Below, piece after piece: positions 9,966-19,851 of a DNA stretch of 64,000 nt (positions within the stretch are counted from its first letter, which is position 1; each line of letters starts with the position of its first letter). Made by a program: the position numbers and the translations under genes. This DNA comes from a virus. The notes beneath the pieces are model-generated. The model was not told the DNA's origin and did no database searches. It saw only the letters and a program-made list of their open reading frames with translations. Where the stretch lies: positions 1 through 64,000 of the IMG/VR virus record IMGVR_UViG_3300006927_000001; one strand, written 5' to 3'.

Positions 9966-11671
9966 TAGTATAGATCCGTTATGGTTGAACTTTGAGCGAT
10001 ACTTGTTGCCAATGGTAGAGCGATCTCAGCATAAGTGTCAGCATGTGCAAAGTGATCTGGCTTCACATTTTTGTAGACACCGTACTTATTTCCCCATTTA
10101 TCTTCTTGAAACACACGAACGGGTTCACGTATGTGACTTTTGAATTCAAGACTAATGTCAACAGGTATCTGAACACTTCCATTCTTATAACGTCCAAGTG
10201 AAATGTCCATCCAAGCAGTTCGGTTGACTTTTATGCTGGCGGCATCTTCATCAATGATTGCTTCACGTCCTGACTGAGAAAATAAATAGTCACAAAGTAA
10301 AGCACGTCCCCAAATCTTTTGTACAAATCTCAAAGCTGATCGTCGTTCCGGTTCTGCATCAATTACAACACCAAGACATCCATATTTTTTAAACCATTCA
10401 AGAGCTTCTTCAAAATCATCTTCACCATTTGAAACATTTCCACTGGTTGTCTTTGCTTGAAGAATTCTAGCTGATGCTAAATCATTGATTGCCATTGCTG
10501 GCATCCAACCTTCAAGTGTAAATTCCTTGATAACTGTATGTAAAACTGCACCGACATCAATTCCCATTGTTGGAATAACTTCACGTGCAGATGATGGACC
10601 ACTGTGATATCCACCTGTGCAATCCATCAAATTTTTCTCAGTTACTCTTGCTCCTTCTGCCTCATAAGTAAGTCCACCTTTTGAGTTCCACCATTCTTGA
10701 GCACGAGTTGGATCACGGTCCGCTAAGAGTTTTGCATATGCTAATTTTACAGGATCTCCGACTCGTGCCATACTGTAAAATTGACTAACATGAAATCCTC
10801 GTACGTCTCTGTTAGAATGTGAAGGAATAAAATGAGCCGTTCCACCTCGATCTCGATGCTTTAACCAAGGTTTATAAATTTCTCCATTTGGACGTTTTTC
10901 AATTGGTAGTTTACCCTTACATTGCATACATTGCAAGTAAGAATTCACTATACCTTTGTCTGTTAGAGACTCAGCAGTAACCACAAGAGAATCAGGAAAT
11001 TCCAACTCAATGATTCTGTTACAGAGAGGGCAGTTGAAATGAAAGTGTTCTTCTGTACTGAGAATGTATTCACCATTGATCCCAAATCCATCAATTGAAG
11101 GTGTACTGAGAAAAATCAAGATTATTTGTACTTGTCCACTTTGTCTTTCTTCAAGTAATGCAATACTTGCTGGTGGCATTTCATCCATTTCATCGACAAC
11201 GATCAAGGGTGTCGGAATGGACTTCAGTTTACTTCGACTATGACTTCCACGTACATATAAAGTATTACTTCCAGCACGCTTCAGTCTGACATTATTGACA
11301 TCTGAGAAAAAACCTCGCAAATGTGGCGATAATTCTAATGCAGGATCAAAACGTCCAGCTGAAAAGTCTCCAGCATCATCAGACGTGGGTAGAATATACA
11401 AGCAATCAAAACTGTTTACATCCATGTTATAAAAAGTTAAATTCATTGCCCATTCGGTATAACCCATTTGAGCAGCTTTTTGACCAACAGTCTTTTCTGC
11501 TTGCGTATCATGCATCTCCAATAGCCAAGGATGATGATCAAAACTCCATGTACCAGGAAAAGGTTTTCCCATTACACGGTATTTCTCTGCCCATTTTGAA
11601 CAACTTTTGACTGTCCTTCTTTGCAATCCTGCTGAAATTTTGGCAGCTATTTCCTCTTGAAGTGTTATCAT
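9965..11671 (-). CDS. Terminase large subunit (lambda gpA-like)
   Basis: KAAQMGYTE Walker A, VVDEMDE Walker B, STP, CxxC fingers, GIDVG nuclease motif, C-terminal DH. Confidence 0.9.
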   Translation of the reverse strand: MITLQEEIAAKISAGLQRRTVKSCSKWAEKYRVMGKPFPGTWSFDHHPWLLEMHDTQAEKTVGQKAAQMGYTEWAMNLTFYNMDVNSFDCLYILPTSDDAGDFSAGRFDPALELSPHLRGFFSDVNNVRLKRAGSNTLYVRGSHSRSKLKSIPTPLIVVDEMDEMPPASIALLEERQSGQVQIILIFLSTPSIDGFGINGEYILSTEEHFHFNCPLCNRIIELEFPDSLVVTAESLTDKGIVNSYLQCMQCKGKLPIEKRPNGEIYKPWLKHRDRGGTAHFIPSHSNRDVRGFHVSQFYSMARVGDPVKLAYAKLLADRDPTRAQEWWNSKGGLTYEAEGARVTEKNLMDCTGGYHSGPSSAREVIPTMGIDVGAVLHTVIKEFTLEGWMPAMAINDLASARILQAKTTSGNVSNGEDDFEEALEWFKKYGCLGVVIDAEPERRSALRFVQKIWGRALLCDYLFSQSGREAIIDEDAASIKVNRTAWMDISLGRYKNGSVQIPVDISLEFKSHIREPVRVFQEDKWGNKYGVYKNVKPDHFAHADTYAEIALPLATSIAQSSTITDLY

Positions 11672-11856
11672 ATGGCTTTTGGAAATTGTTTTTGAAGAAC
11701 TATTCTTTGATCTGAAATCTCTTCTCGTGTTAAATCATCGTCTATACCAGCTAACTTATCAGCTTGGGTTTTACTATAGCCTTTTGCTTTTAGTCGAACT
11801 GCTTCACTGACTTTTTGACCATGGATTGGTTTTTCTTTCTTTGGTTTCTTTGCCAT
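11668..11856 (-). CDS. Small basic protein (MAKKPKK...)
   Basis: Translationally coupled on both sides; N-terminus resembles 13335..13604. Confidence 0.55.
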   Translation of the reverse strand: MAKKPKKEKPIHGQKVSEAVRLKAKGYSKTQADKLAGIDDDLTREEISDQRIVLQKQFPKAI

Positions 11857-12113
11857 CACACTGGACTCTCTATGATTTCTTCGGACCATGAAACGAAGTA
11901 AGCCGAATCCGCCTCGATCTCGTCGAGTATTTCCTCGCTACATACGATTTCGACAGTGTATTCGTTTGGAGCGGGCGGTATGTTCGCGGCAAGTTGCTGC
12001 GTTACATCCTCACACAAGACATCATGATCGTTCGCAAGTTTAGGATGCCATGATGTCTTGCCGGTTGCATCTGGACCAGAAATCCAGGAGGTAACAACGT
12101 GTGCTCTATACAT
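11856..12113 (-). CDS. Small acidic protein, paralogue of 13604..13867
   Basis: Shared PNE..VEI.CS.E.L..IE.DS.Y.V.WSEEI. Confidence 0.65.
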   Translation of the reverse strand: MYRAHVVTSWISGPDATGKTSWHPKLANDHDVLCEDVTQQLAANIPPAPNEYTVEIVCSEEILDEIEADSAYFVSWSEEIIESPV

Positions 12114-13338
12114 TGATAATGCTCTCTGACTGATCCACAGCAAAACAAGCCCACTTCAAAACTCGATCTCCCGTCGTGTACAAAGCGAATCCATGCTTGG
12201 TGCTCGTGTTATGTGCCGACGAAGAGTACGTCATCCCTTTGCCGTTTGTTAAGCCGAACAACATGTCATCGCCGTCAAGTTGCCAACTACCATGAGGTGA
12301 AGCGGTCAAGTCAGCATCCACATCTACTGCGTTGCGTTGATACCATATTCCGCCGGTGCATTCGTACAGGTATGCTATACCATTACCGTTGTAAACTTGC
12401 AACTGCCACATATTGTCGGAATCAGTGTACCGAGCAATGAATATCCCATACCCGGATGCTGCGGGAGTCCACTTCATGCTGATGAAGATGTCCGCTTCGC
12501 CGCATTCAACGGCGTGATGCCGATAGGCATCGGAGGCTTCAACCTGTTCAACACCATTGCTCACGATTTCGGTATCCGTGAGTCCAGACTGAATCCATGC
12601 CGTTGCCGTGCCACTTGCCGCGTTCTCCCATCCGGCACCATCTGTCGATCCAAGATCGCTTGAGTCCGCACGATCAAACGTGTCACTTTGCAGCGGTGTC
12701 GGATACCATGTATCTTCAGTGATGAACACTTCACTGAAATCCCCGATGTTGCTATATCCCGTACACGTCCAATGGTATAACCCGTAATTGGCGTAATCCC
12801 GAGCATAGACGAGCTTGGTAACACCCGACTGCTTCAGAAGAAAATAGTGACCAAATGGGTCCGGCCTTGGGATCATGTAAAACTCAAACGGCTCTGATGC
12901 CACGTAGGGAGTTAGGATTGAACCCGTTCCAATTATATTCAGAGCATCTGCTGTGCCCCGTGAGATTCCGTCAGGTGCCCAGCCTGTTATCTTGTTGGCA
13001 CACATTCCAGCATACACATATGTGTCAAATCCGTTCGGAACTTTCATCCCCCATATGCAACCGGGGGAAGCGTTGACTGCATACGTGTCGTCGGTTGCCC
13101 ATACTTGCTTAAACCAACCGACAGCCGATGTGTCATCAGTTAAATTCCCGTCAACAATTGACCATTGAGCACCGTCAATTTGCGTAAGAGCCAGCGTGCC
13201 CGGCCCAGGTTCGCACGTTCGCGGCGATGCGATCGGTGCGGCTTCCGGCGTGGTAAATTGGTCACGTAACAAATATGCAATACCCCCTACAGGATATTCA
13301 CGACTACTCAAACCTAGTCCCATGCCTAAGTCTCTCAT
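12106..13338 (-). CDS. Beta-sandwich (lectin/LamG-like) virion-associated protein, copy B
   Basis: Start MRDLGMGLG at 13338; shares SDTF.RA.S...GSTDG and TKHG motifs with 13875..15119. Confidence 0.55.
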   Translation of the reverse strand: MRDLGMGLGLSSREYPVGGIAYLLRDQFTTPEAAPIASPRTCEPGPGTLALTQIDGAQWSIVDGNLTDDTSAVGWFKQVWATDDTYAVNASPGCIWGMKVPNGFDTYVYAGMCANKITGWAPDGISRGTADALNIIGTGSILTPYVASEPFEFYMIPRPDPFGHYFLLKQSGVTKLVYARDYANYGLYHWTCTGYSNIGDFSEVFITEDTWYPTPLQSDTFDRADSSDLGSTDGAGWENAASGTATAWIQSGLTDTEIVSNGVEQVEASDAYRHHAVECGEADIFISMKWTPAASGYGIFIARYTDSDNMWQLQVYNGNGIAYLYECTGGIWYQRNAVDVDADLTASPHGSWQLDGDDMLFGLTNGKGMTYSSSAHNTSTKHGFALYTTGDRVLKWACFAVDQSESIINV

Positions 13339-13604
13339 ACGAAGTACATCTCCAACGGTAGTCCTTTGATCCATGTAACTCGACGTTTTGAAATTGATTT
13401 ATTGTCGATATCTTCCCCTTCACCTGTAACATAACCTGCGACACTGGCAGAAACTCCCTTACCCATCAATTTTGCTTTGGATTGAGCTTTTTTGATGGAA
13501 TTAGGTTTATATTTCTTTCCTTTGTGTTTTGGTTTCTTTCCAGAGGTGACTGGTTTCTTTTTTGCAACTTTTTTCTTTCCAGGAGTGACTGATTTCTTTG
13601 CCAC
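13335..13604 (-). CDS. Lys-rich small protein, chimeric at duplication junction
   Basis: GTG start AKKSVTPGKKK; ends EMYFV like 15116..15424. Confidence 0.55.
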   Translation of the reverse strand: MAKKSVTPGKKKVAKKKPVTSGKKPKHKGKKYKPNSIKKAQSKAKLMGKGVSASVAGYVTGEGEDIDNKSISKRRVTWIKGLPLEMYFV

Positions 13605-13867
13605 TATGTAATCTCCTCTGACCATAAAACTTCGTAGTCTGAATCTAATTCAATTGCTGCCAAAACTTCATCTGAGCATTCAATCTCGATTGCACACTCA
13701 TTGGGAACACAAATTAGATTTTTAGAAGGTTGTTCGGACACATCAACATGTTTGAATATTACATATTCGTCCATAAGTAGTGGATGATTTGTTGGTGCAT
13801 CAGATGGATCATCTTCCATTGCGACCCATGGACTCACGATTAGTGCACGATTACGATCTGGCATCAA
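13604..13867 (-). CDS. Small acidic protein, paralogue of 11856..12113
   Basis: Sequence similarity to 11856..12113. Confidence 0.65.
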   Translation of the reverse strand: MMPDRNRALIVSPWVAMEDDPSDAPTNHPLLMDEYVIFKHVDVSEQPSKNLICVPNECAIEIECSDEVLAAIELDSDYEVLWSEEIT

Positions 13868-13874
13868 AATATCC

Positions 13875-15119
13875 TTATGGACTCACAGGCGAAATCAATG
13901 TTAATTCTGGATGACGTTTCCAAACATTGATTTCATGTATAAAATTTGTTCCTGACCATTGAACAATACATCCATGTTTTGTAGCTGTTTTATTTGTGAC
14001 AGCACCTGCATACGTAAATTTGTATTCACCCCCGATGTGTACTGAAATCTCTTCATCGTCTGCTGATACTCGAATAGGTTGTACACCAGAATCATATGTT
14101 ACATCATAATCAGAAGCTCGAGTTGTACTACTACCAGCTTCTTTTTCAACTAAACGTAAATATGCATCTGAACGATAAGTCATCCAGTGATTGTCAAAAT
14201 CTGTCCATCGAAATGCTGTTCCACCCCAAACACCATAAGTATCTGATTCAACATCGATTTCAATATTGATGTCAGACTGATTAGTTTCTGCAATTGCGTA
14301 CTGGAAAGTACCGTCATGCCACTCAGCTGTTAGACGATTTGTTGAAATAGAGCATGTTTGGGTACCATGGTCTTCCCAAGCAATACCATCTCCCCCAATT
14401 TCTTCTGCTGCAAGCCCGTCTGTCGAACCAATATTATTTGAATTGGCACGTGTGAACGTATCACTCAATAGTAGCATATCAGACGTGTCAACACTTTCAA
14501 CAATTTCAAAATCATCTACCCAGAAATTATCATTGTACGCAGAAATACCAGCATAAATGTCAGAGTCGTTACCAACAATTGTTTCCCAGACAATTGTCCA
14601 ATCTGTATAGATTCCACCCTTGATTGCGAAAAAACATCCATCTACGCGTACTATGATGACAACTTCATACCACGTATCAGCAGCGATTGTACCAATACGT
14701 GATTGTCCAAGTGAACTGACCCATGCAAGCAAACCCGTTGACCAAAAATACAATTGAGGATCATCAGTAGTTAATGCAAATGCATTGGAACCACTGATTC
14801 CAAGAAATGGGGCAAAAACAGTAGAATCTTTTTTCACTTTGATCAAAAATGCTGTACCAGCTTTACGTGTAAATGTATTCGTGGTACGTAAAACCAAATC
14901 ACCCCACGTAGGTGTCGATTGAGCTGTTGCAACGATTTCATCACCAGTGATTTCAAAATCACCGTCGTTTTGAACAGCCGTCAACGCTCCATGAGGAGAT
15001 GCAATTGGATTAGACTCGTCTCCACCGTCAAATCTTTCTTGCACCAAGTAAGTAGCTTGCTCACCAGAAGTGGCTAAAGCACAATTACTCAATCCGATTC
15101 CACATCCAAGATTTCTCAT
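13875..15119 (-). CDS. Beta-sandwich (lectin/LamG-like) virion-associated protein, copy A
   Basis: 414 aa, Trp/Thr/Asp-rich beta pattern; paralogue of 12106..13338. Confidence 0.55.
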   Translation of the reverse strand: MRNLGCGIGLSNCALATSGEQATYLVQERFDGGDESNPIASPHGALTAVQNDGDFEITGDEIVATAQSTPTWGDLVLRTTNTFTRKAGTAFLIKVKKDSTVFAPFLGISGSNAFALTTDDPQLYFWSTGLLAWVSSLGQSRIGTIAADTWYEVVIIVRVDGCFFAIKGGIYTDWTIVWETIVGNDSDIYAGISAYNDNFWVDDFEIVESVDTSDMLLLSDTFTRANSNNIGSTDGLAAEEIGGDGIAWEDHGTQTCSISTNRLTAEWHDGTFQYAIAETNQSDINIEIDVESDTYGVWGGTAFRWTDFDNHWMTYRSDAYLRLVEKEAGSSTTRASDYDVTYDSGVQPIRVSADDEEISVHIGGEYKFTYAGAVTNKTATKHGCIVQWSGTNFIHEINVWKRHPELTLISPVSP

Positions 15120-15424
15120 ACGAAGTACATCTCCACACTGACAACAACAGCATTTTTAATAGCTATTTTTGTCAGTGAACTAACTGGAAAAACAGTTCGA
15201 GTAGACACAGTCATCGTATCCGTTGTCAATGGGTCACCAACTAAGATATCAGCTGCTGGTGTCAATGCAATCTCAACAAGTGTTTCTTCCGGTAAAGCAT
15301 CTGCTGGTGCTGACTTCAAAGCCAAAGCTGTTTCTACCAATTTATCCAAAGACTCAAGTGTTGTTAAACCTGTAACATTGAGTAGACGGTAATTTGTCGC
15401 AATTGTTGGTGCAAATCCACTCAT
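15116..15424 (-). CDS. Hypothetical structural protein
   Basis: Start MSGFAPT at 15424, just after the upstream stop. Confidence 0.5.
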   Translation of the reverse strand: MSGFAPTIATNYRLLNVTGLTTLESLDKLVETALALKSAPADALPEETLVEIALTPAADILVGDPLTTDTMTVSTRTVFPVSSLTKIAIKNAVVVSVEMYFV

Positions 15425-15425
15425 A

Positions 15426-15983
15426 TTACACTCCATCATCCGCAGATGTGTACGTGATGGTGATTTCAAGAATTTCACCATTGTCCAAAGACTTGCTGGA
15501 TGCGAAATCACCAGCAGACCACAATGTTCCAGTTGATCCACCCTTCGTGTTATTTGATGTCAAAAATGCACCGTAAATTACAGTTGCATCTTGATTGATC
15601 GTAAACGATGCTGGGGATGCAGAGTTATCAATCGATTGACTTGCAACAGAACCACCTGTCCAAGCTACACGATTTGCTTGAGAGTAATCCGTAATCTCAG
15701 ACCAACTTGCATGGCTTGACATTGTATCAGCGGCAACAGGAGTACCTGTACCTTTGATACCAACATACCAAGTTGTGATTTGAGATCCAGCATCGAGCAT
15801 AACATCCAAAGTGTGATCAAGACCCACATTGACAATAATATTGTCAAATTCTTCAACCCACTTGATTGAACCATCTGCTCGTTTTCCGACGAGCTTATAA
15901 TGACCTTTCAAACGAATGGTCCTGGACGGTTGACGTGCTCGAATCTTGTTCATGAATCGTTCAACAAACTTGAGTCTTGGCAT
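15426..15983 (-). CDS. Phage fibre/baseplate-associated structural protein
   Basis: N.IVNVGLDH.LD, ASFTIN, YGAFL, LWSAGDF, ITYT pattern common in phage structural proteins. Confidence 0.55.
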   Translation of the reverse strand: MPRLKFVERFMNKIRARQPSRTIRLKGHYKLVGKRADGSIKWVEEFDNIIVNVGLDHTLDVMLDAGSQITTWYVGIKGTGTPVAADTMSSHASWSEITDYSQANRVAWTGGSVASQSIDNSASPASFTINQDATVIYGAFLTSNNTKGGSTGTLWSAGDFASSKSLDNGEILEITITYTSADDGV

Positions 15984-15999
15984 GATTTTGTATCCTATG

Positions 16000-18150
16000 T
16001 TAGTTGTACCAAATTCGCATCTTAACTGACCCTAAACGTGCTTCTCTGTTTGAAGCATCAGTGTTTTCAACATTGAAAGCAACTCCAAATTGGATGTTAT
16101 GACGTACTTGAGCAGCTGTAGGAGTACTACCCCAAAGATCATCCATATCTCCCATTTGACGCATACCTAATGTTGAAGGTAAAGGAGTTCCAGGTGGCCA
16201 AACCCATTTACTAGCTGTTCTGGCTTTATTATCACCAGTAGCTGATCCACCTATATATAATTGAACACTCTGATCTTTACAATAACTCAAATCAGATGCA
16301 CAAATGTATGCTACTTCAACACCTTTGATCGTTGCTCCAACAGGTACATCATCTTGAAACAAAAACTTATTATACACTCCAGTTCTTGTTCCAGAACCGG
16401 GTATAGTTACTTTTCGTGTGTCACTAACATCAAGTAACCACCAACCAGTAATTTCGTTATTACTTTGTTTCCAAGGTGTCACACTTAAAGGCATCACTGT
16501 TGGAAAAGGCCAATTTTCTGGCTCAGTTTGTGAATAGAAAAATGCTTCACAAACATTTGTAGTTCCAGTCCCAAGAGCTACAGGTAAAAATAACCACATG
16601 TTACTTCCATCTGCATTACCATGACGAATAGCACCTTGAAACATATGATCATCTACAGGCCAATCAATAGGTCCAACTGAAGCTGCATTTCCTTCTGCCA
16701 TTAAAGATCGTTGAGCAAAATTAAAACCTCCCCCTTCGTACCAAATAAATGATTCTCTGTAAGGATTTGAAACAGTATTTGGATCAAGTTCCATGTCAAC
16801 GATTGGTGCAGTAACAAGAATATCCCAAGCTGCGGAAGAATTCAAAATTTTCTTAGAAATTCGCATTCCTGCAGAATGTGTATGAAAAACATCCCATTTA
16901 CCATCTGGTCGTTTGAATCCTGGTATAAGTGCACCGTAACCAGTTGTACGAATATAAATGTAACCTTGATCCCAATCACCAATTGTGCTAAATGGTCTTA
17001 TTCTTTCTCCAACATCATATACATTAACAGTGTGTTTCAGCTTCAAATTACTGCTAACATAGCCAACAGTAGGTGAAAGAGTATCCAAAACTGTAAGAAA
17101 TTTGTCTGCCCAATCAATTCTTGCAGATACTTTTGATGGAGTATACGACCATTGAATTTCATCATCCCACTTACCGTCAGTTTGCTTGAAATTGCCATCT
17201 GTAAGTACTCTTACAAAACTGTCAGAGATAACACCATCTTGAAAACCAAAAGGTTCAGATATTGTGTCACTGATCTTGAATCCTTCACTGATTTGGTAAT
17301 GATTTGAGTTATCTAATTGAGGACTTTGACCCATTTGAACTTCTTCAGTCAAAGATCGTTGAAATTTAGGTACTCCTGGATGAACTGAACCCAAAATCAA
17401 GCCTTCAGTATGTAAAACCTTGATTTTGGACGGTGTATTAGTTTCACCGAGCTTCAAACCTTCAACTTTAAGAGCATTTAACATAAACGATGTAGAATCA
17501 CTGAAAACCAAACCTTCATTCGGCTTAGCAGTTGTTACATGCTTATCAACAGTACCAAAAACTAGACCTTCTGTATGAGAAACATTGATTACAGGATTAT
17601 TTGCACTTCCGAGTACAAATCCTTCAGTTAATTCAACTGCTGCTTTAATTGTATCCCCATCTCCAAGTCGTAAAACTTCATACATATGTTGCTTACGCTT
17701 TATAGTAATTGTTGATCCAAATTTTAGACCTTCAACCAACGTAACTGTGCTTTGATTGTCTACTAAACCGCTGAGAATTAGACCCTCAGTATGTAGTCCC
17801 TTGATGTTGGTTATATAACTCTCACCAAGTTTTAGGCCCTCTGTATATGTAATACCTTTAAAAACGCCAACAACCGTGTCTCCTAATAACAGTCCATCAC
17901 TTTTGGATACAGGATCAACACCTTTGTTTGTTTCACCGAGTATAAGTCCCTCTGTAAGTGATACATGGTAGGTGGCTTTTGAAGATATAGAATCGCCAAG
18001 AGTTATGCCTTCCGCTAAAGATACTGCAAAAGCTGTAATTTGATAAGTTACAGCATCACCTAAGACAAAACCTTCACCCGAGTCAGAAGGAAGTCCAAGT
18101 CCTCCTGATCCAGCACCTCCTATTCGATGTCTACAACGAGCATCAACCAT
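16000..18150 (-). CDS. Fibre/spike-like structural protein with EGLxLG repeats
   Basis: Many TEGL(I/K/V)(L/F)G repeats in the N-terminal half; globular C-terminus with VPVGATIKGVEV. Confidence 0.55.
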   Translation of the reverse strand: MVDARCRHRIGGAGSGGLGLPSDSGEGFVLGDAVTYQITAFAVSLAEGITLGDSISSKATYHVSLTEGLILGETNKGVDPVSKSDGLLLGDTVVGVFKGITYTEGLKLGESYITNIKGLHTEGLILSGLVDNQSTVTLVEGLKFGSTITIKRKQHMYEVLRLGDGDTIKAAVELTEGFVLGSANNPVINVSHTEGLVFGTVDKHVTTAKPNEGLVFSDSTSFMLNALKVEGLKLGETNTPSKIKVLHTEGLILGSVHPGVPKFQRSLTEEVQMGQSPQLDNSNHYQISEGFKISDTISEPFGFQDGVISDSFVRVLTDGNFKQTDGKWDDEIQWSYTPSKVSARIDWADKFLTVLDTLSPTVGYVSSNLKLKHTVNVYDVGERIRPFSTIGDWDQGYIYIRTTGYGALIPGFKRPDGKWDVFHTHSAGMRISKKILNSSAAWDILVTAPIVDMELDPNTVSNPYRESFIWYEGGGFNFAQRSLMAEGNAASVGPIDWPVDDHMFQGAIRHGNADGSNMWLFLPVALGTGTTNVCEAFFYSQTEPENWPFPTVMPLSVTPWKQSNNEITGWWLLDVSDTRKVTIPGSGTRTGVYNKFLFQDDVPVGATIKGVEVAYICASDLSYCKDQSVQLYIGGSATGDNKARTASKWVWPPGTPLPSTLGMRQMGDMDDLWGSTPTAAQVRHNIQFGVAFNVENTDASNREARLGSVKMRIWYN

Positions 18151-18724
18151 TCTGTTTACCTAGGGCATCAATAATTCTTCCACTGATTCGATCAACAACA
18201 TCTGGATCTTCAATTTCACAACTGATAGATTCAATTACCTCACTTGCAAAAGCCAAACCTGCTGTTCGATCCATCATTGATCCAGCACCCTTTTCAAGAC
18301 GTTCAGCAGTTCTGACAAGTTTTTCACAAGAACTAACAAGTTGTTGAATTCTAGCAGACCACATTAATAATTGTTGTGTGTCTTCACATTGATTCAAAAT
18401 CTGTTCAATCATCAATCTTGTGACACCAATTTCACCACGAAGACTTTTTGCTTGCTCACTTTCAGCAAACTCATCCATACGTTCTTGCCAAATGCTCAAA
18501 CGATAATCATGAGTTCTTTCTTTTCGTACAGTTGTTGCTTTCTTTTCACCTCCGTGCCTTGCACATGTATGTGAATTTATATAATCCGTAGGATTTGCAA
18601 CTTCCAATAGATGACGTTCTACACAAGCAGCCATTGAGAGATAAGGACATTGACCATGTTTCCCACCAGATTGACATCGACCAGGATCAGCGTCATGTTC
18701 TATCCGATGTAACTTTTTATCCAT
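18143..18724 (-). CDS. Candidate terminase small subunit (Cys/His N-terminus, CxxHGG)
   Basis: RCQ...QCPY...CARHGG then helical SLRGEIG..R domain, as in HGGxSTG-type proteins. Confidence 0.45.
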   Translation of the reverse strand: MDKKLHRIEHDADPGRCQSGGKHGQCPYLSMAACVERHLLEVANPTDYINSHTCARHGGEKKATTVRKERTHDYRLSIWQERMDEFAESEQAKSLRGEIGVTRLMIEQILNQCEDTQQLLMWSARIQQLVSSCEKLVRTAERLEKGAGSMMDRTAGLAFASEVIESISCEIEDPDVVDRISGRIIDALGKQNG

Positions 18725-18799
18725 AAAATCCTCGGGGTCTTGACCCGCATCGCAACCCCAAGGATCGAGACCCGAAGGTCCACGCCCAAAGGGCAAAAA

Positions 18800-19054
18800 T
18801 TAATTTCCTTGAAGTTCATCCAGAAATTCTTGGATATCTTCAACATCAGCTGCAGCCATTTCTTTCATGGCTAAATCCAACTTCTTACGAAGTTTCTTTC
18901 CTTTGTGACCATCTTTACGTAAAGTTTTACGTAAACGTGCACGTGCAATATTTGGATGTGACTTCATTACAGCAGCACGTTCAGCATTGTTGTTTTCCTG
19001 ACATTTTTCAAAAAGTGTTGTCAGTAAGGGCACGAGTAAAGTAAACCAGTTCAT
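18800..19054 (-). CDS. Small protein with hydrophobic N-terminus
   Basis: MNWFTLLVPLLTTLFEKC; coupled to protease gene. Confidence 0.5.
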   Translation of the reverse strand: MNWFTLLVPLLTTLFEKCQENNNAERAAVMKSHPNIARARLRKTLRKDGHKGKKLRKKLDLAMKEMAAADVEDIQEFLDELQGN

Positions 19055-19851
19055 AAAGTACCTCCTTTAGGACCTGCGGGTTGACTGGGATCATCAGGTG
19101 CTAAAGTCTCGGCACAACACCAAGCTCCCCCTGTTGACCAATTAGATTCCGAATCATAAAGACGCCCATTGTCGCCTCTAGACTTAGAGTACGAATCACA
19201 ATAACGGACAAGAAAGCGGCGACCATCATGTAAGAGGTCTTCACCGCAAATAGAATGCCCTTTACGTCCATAACAGATCGGCATGTCATGAAGTAAAGCA
19301 GAAGCAAATTCTTCCTTTGAGCCAATAGAAAACCACCCATTTTTAGCAACACGCAAATGACGGGCTGTGTCCCTCCACCCTTGTGGCATATTTCGACTAA
19401 AGGGTGTATTCTCCTGGTAAGTATGCTTAAAATTAGCATGTTTGTCGCTAAAAAGAATACCTACTTCTGTGAGATGTTCCATTGCACCCCAGCACGTTGA
19501 TCCTGAATTACGGCTTCTGGCTACTTGATTATAGCCAGACATAGGAGAAGGAATGAACATGTATTTTTTGCCGTATTGAACAGCATACCGAATCGCATAG
19601 CAGCGACATGCGGCATTATACACGCAACTTGATTCAGGATTCTGGTTATAAACGTAATCAAAAAAGTTTTGAAGAGCATAGTTCTTTGATTTACGATCAT
19701 CAATACGATCTTTCCACTCATTTCGCGGAATGACAAAAGAAGACGGAAAAGATACTCCAAAAGATTCTTCAGAGTGAATTAACCCACCCAGTTCCTGTCC
19801 TGGTTTCCATTCATCTCTAACAATATCAATTAATGCGGGATTTATGTTCAT
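19051..19851 (-). CDS. Papain-like (C1-type) cysteine peptidase
   Basis: NQ...SSCVYNA (Gln/Cys), GHSI (His), DSY at the NSW position. Confidence 0.65.
   Translation of the reverse strand: MNINPALIDIVRDEWKPGQELGGLIHSEESFGVSFPSSFVIPRNEWKDRIDDRKSKNYALQNFFDYVYNQNPESSCVYNAACRCYAIRYAVQYGKKYMFIPSPMSGYNQVARSRNSGSTCWGAMEHLTEVGILFSDKHANFKHTYQENTPFSRNMPQGWRDTARHLRVAKNGWFSIGSKEEFASALLHDMPICYGRKGHSICGEDLLHDGRRFLVRYCDSYSKSRGDNGRLYDSESNWSTGGAWCCAETLAPDDPSQPAGPKGGTL

Larger units (their letters stand above)
13333..15135. repeat. 22-bp direct repeat pair marking cassette duplication
   Basis: TCTCATACGAAGTACATCTCCA at 13333-13354 and 15114-15135. Confidence 0.9.
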
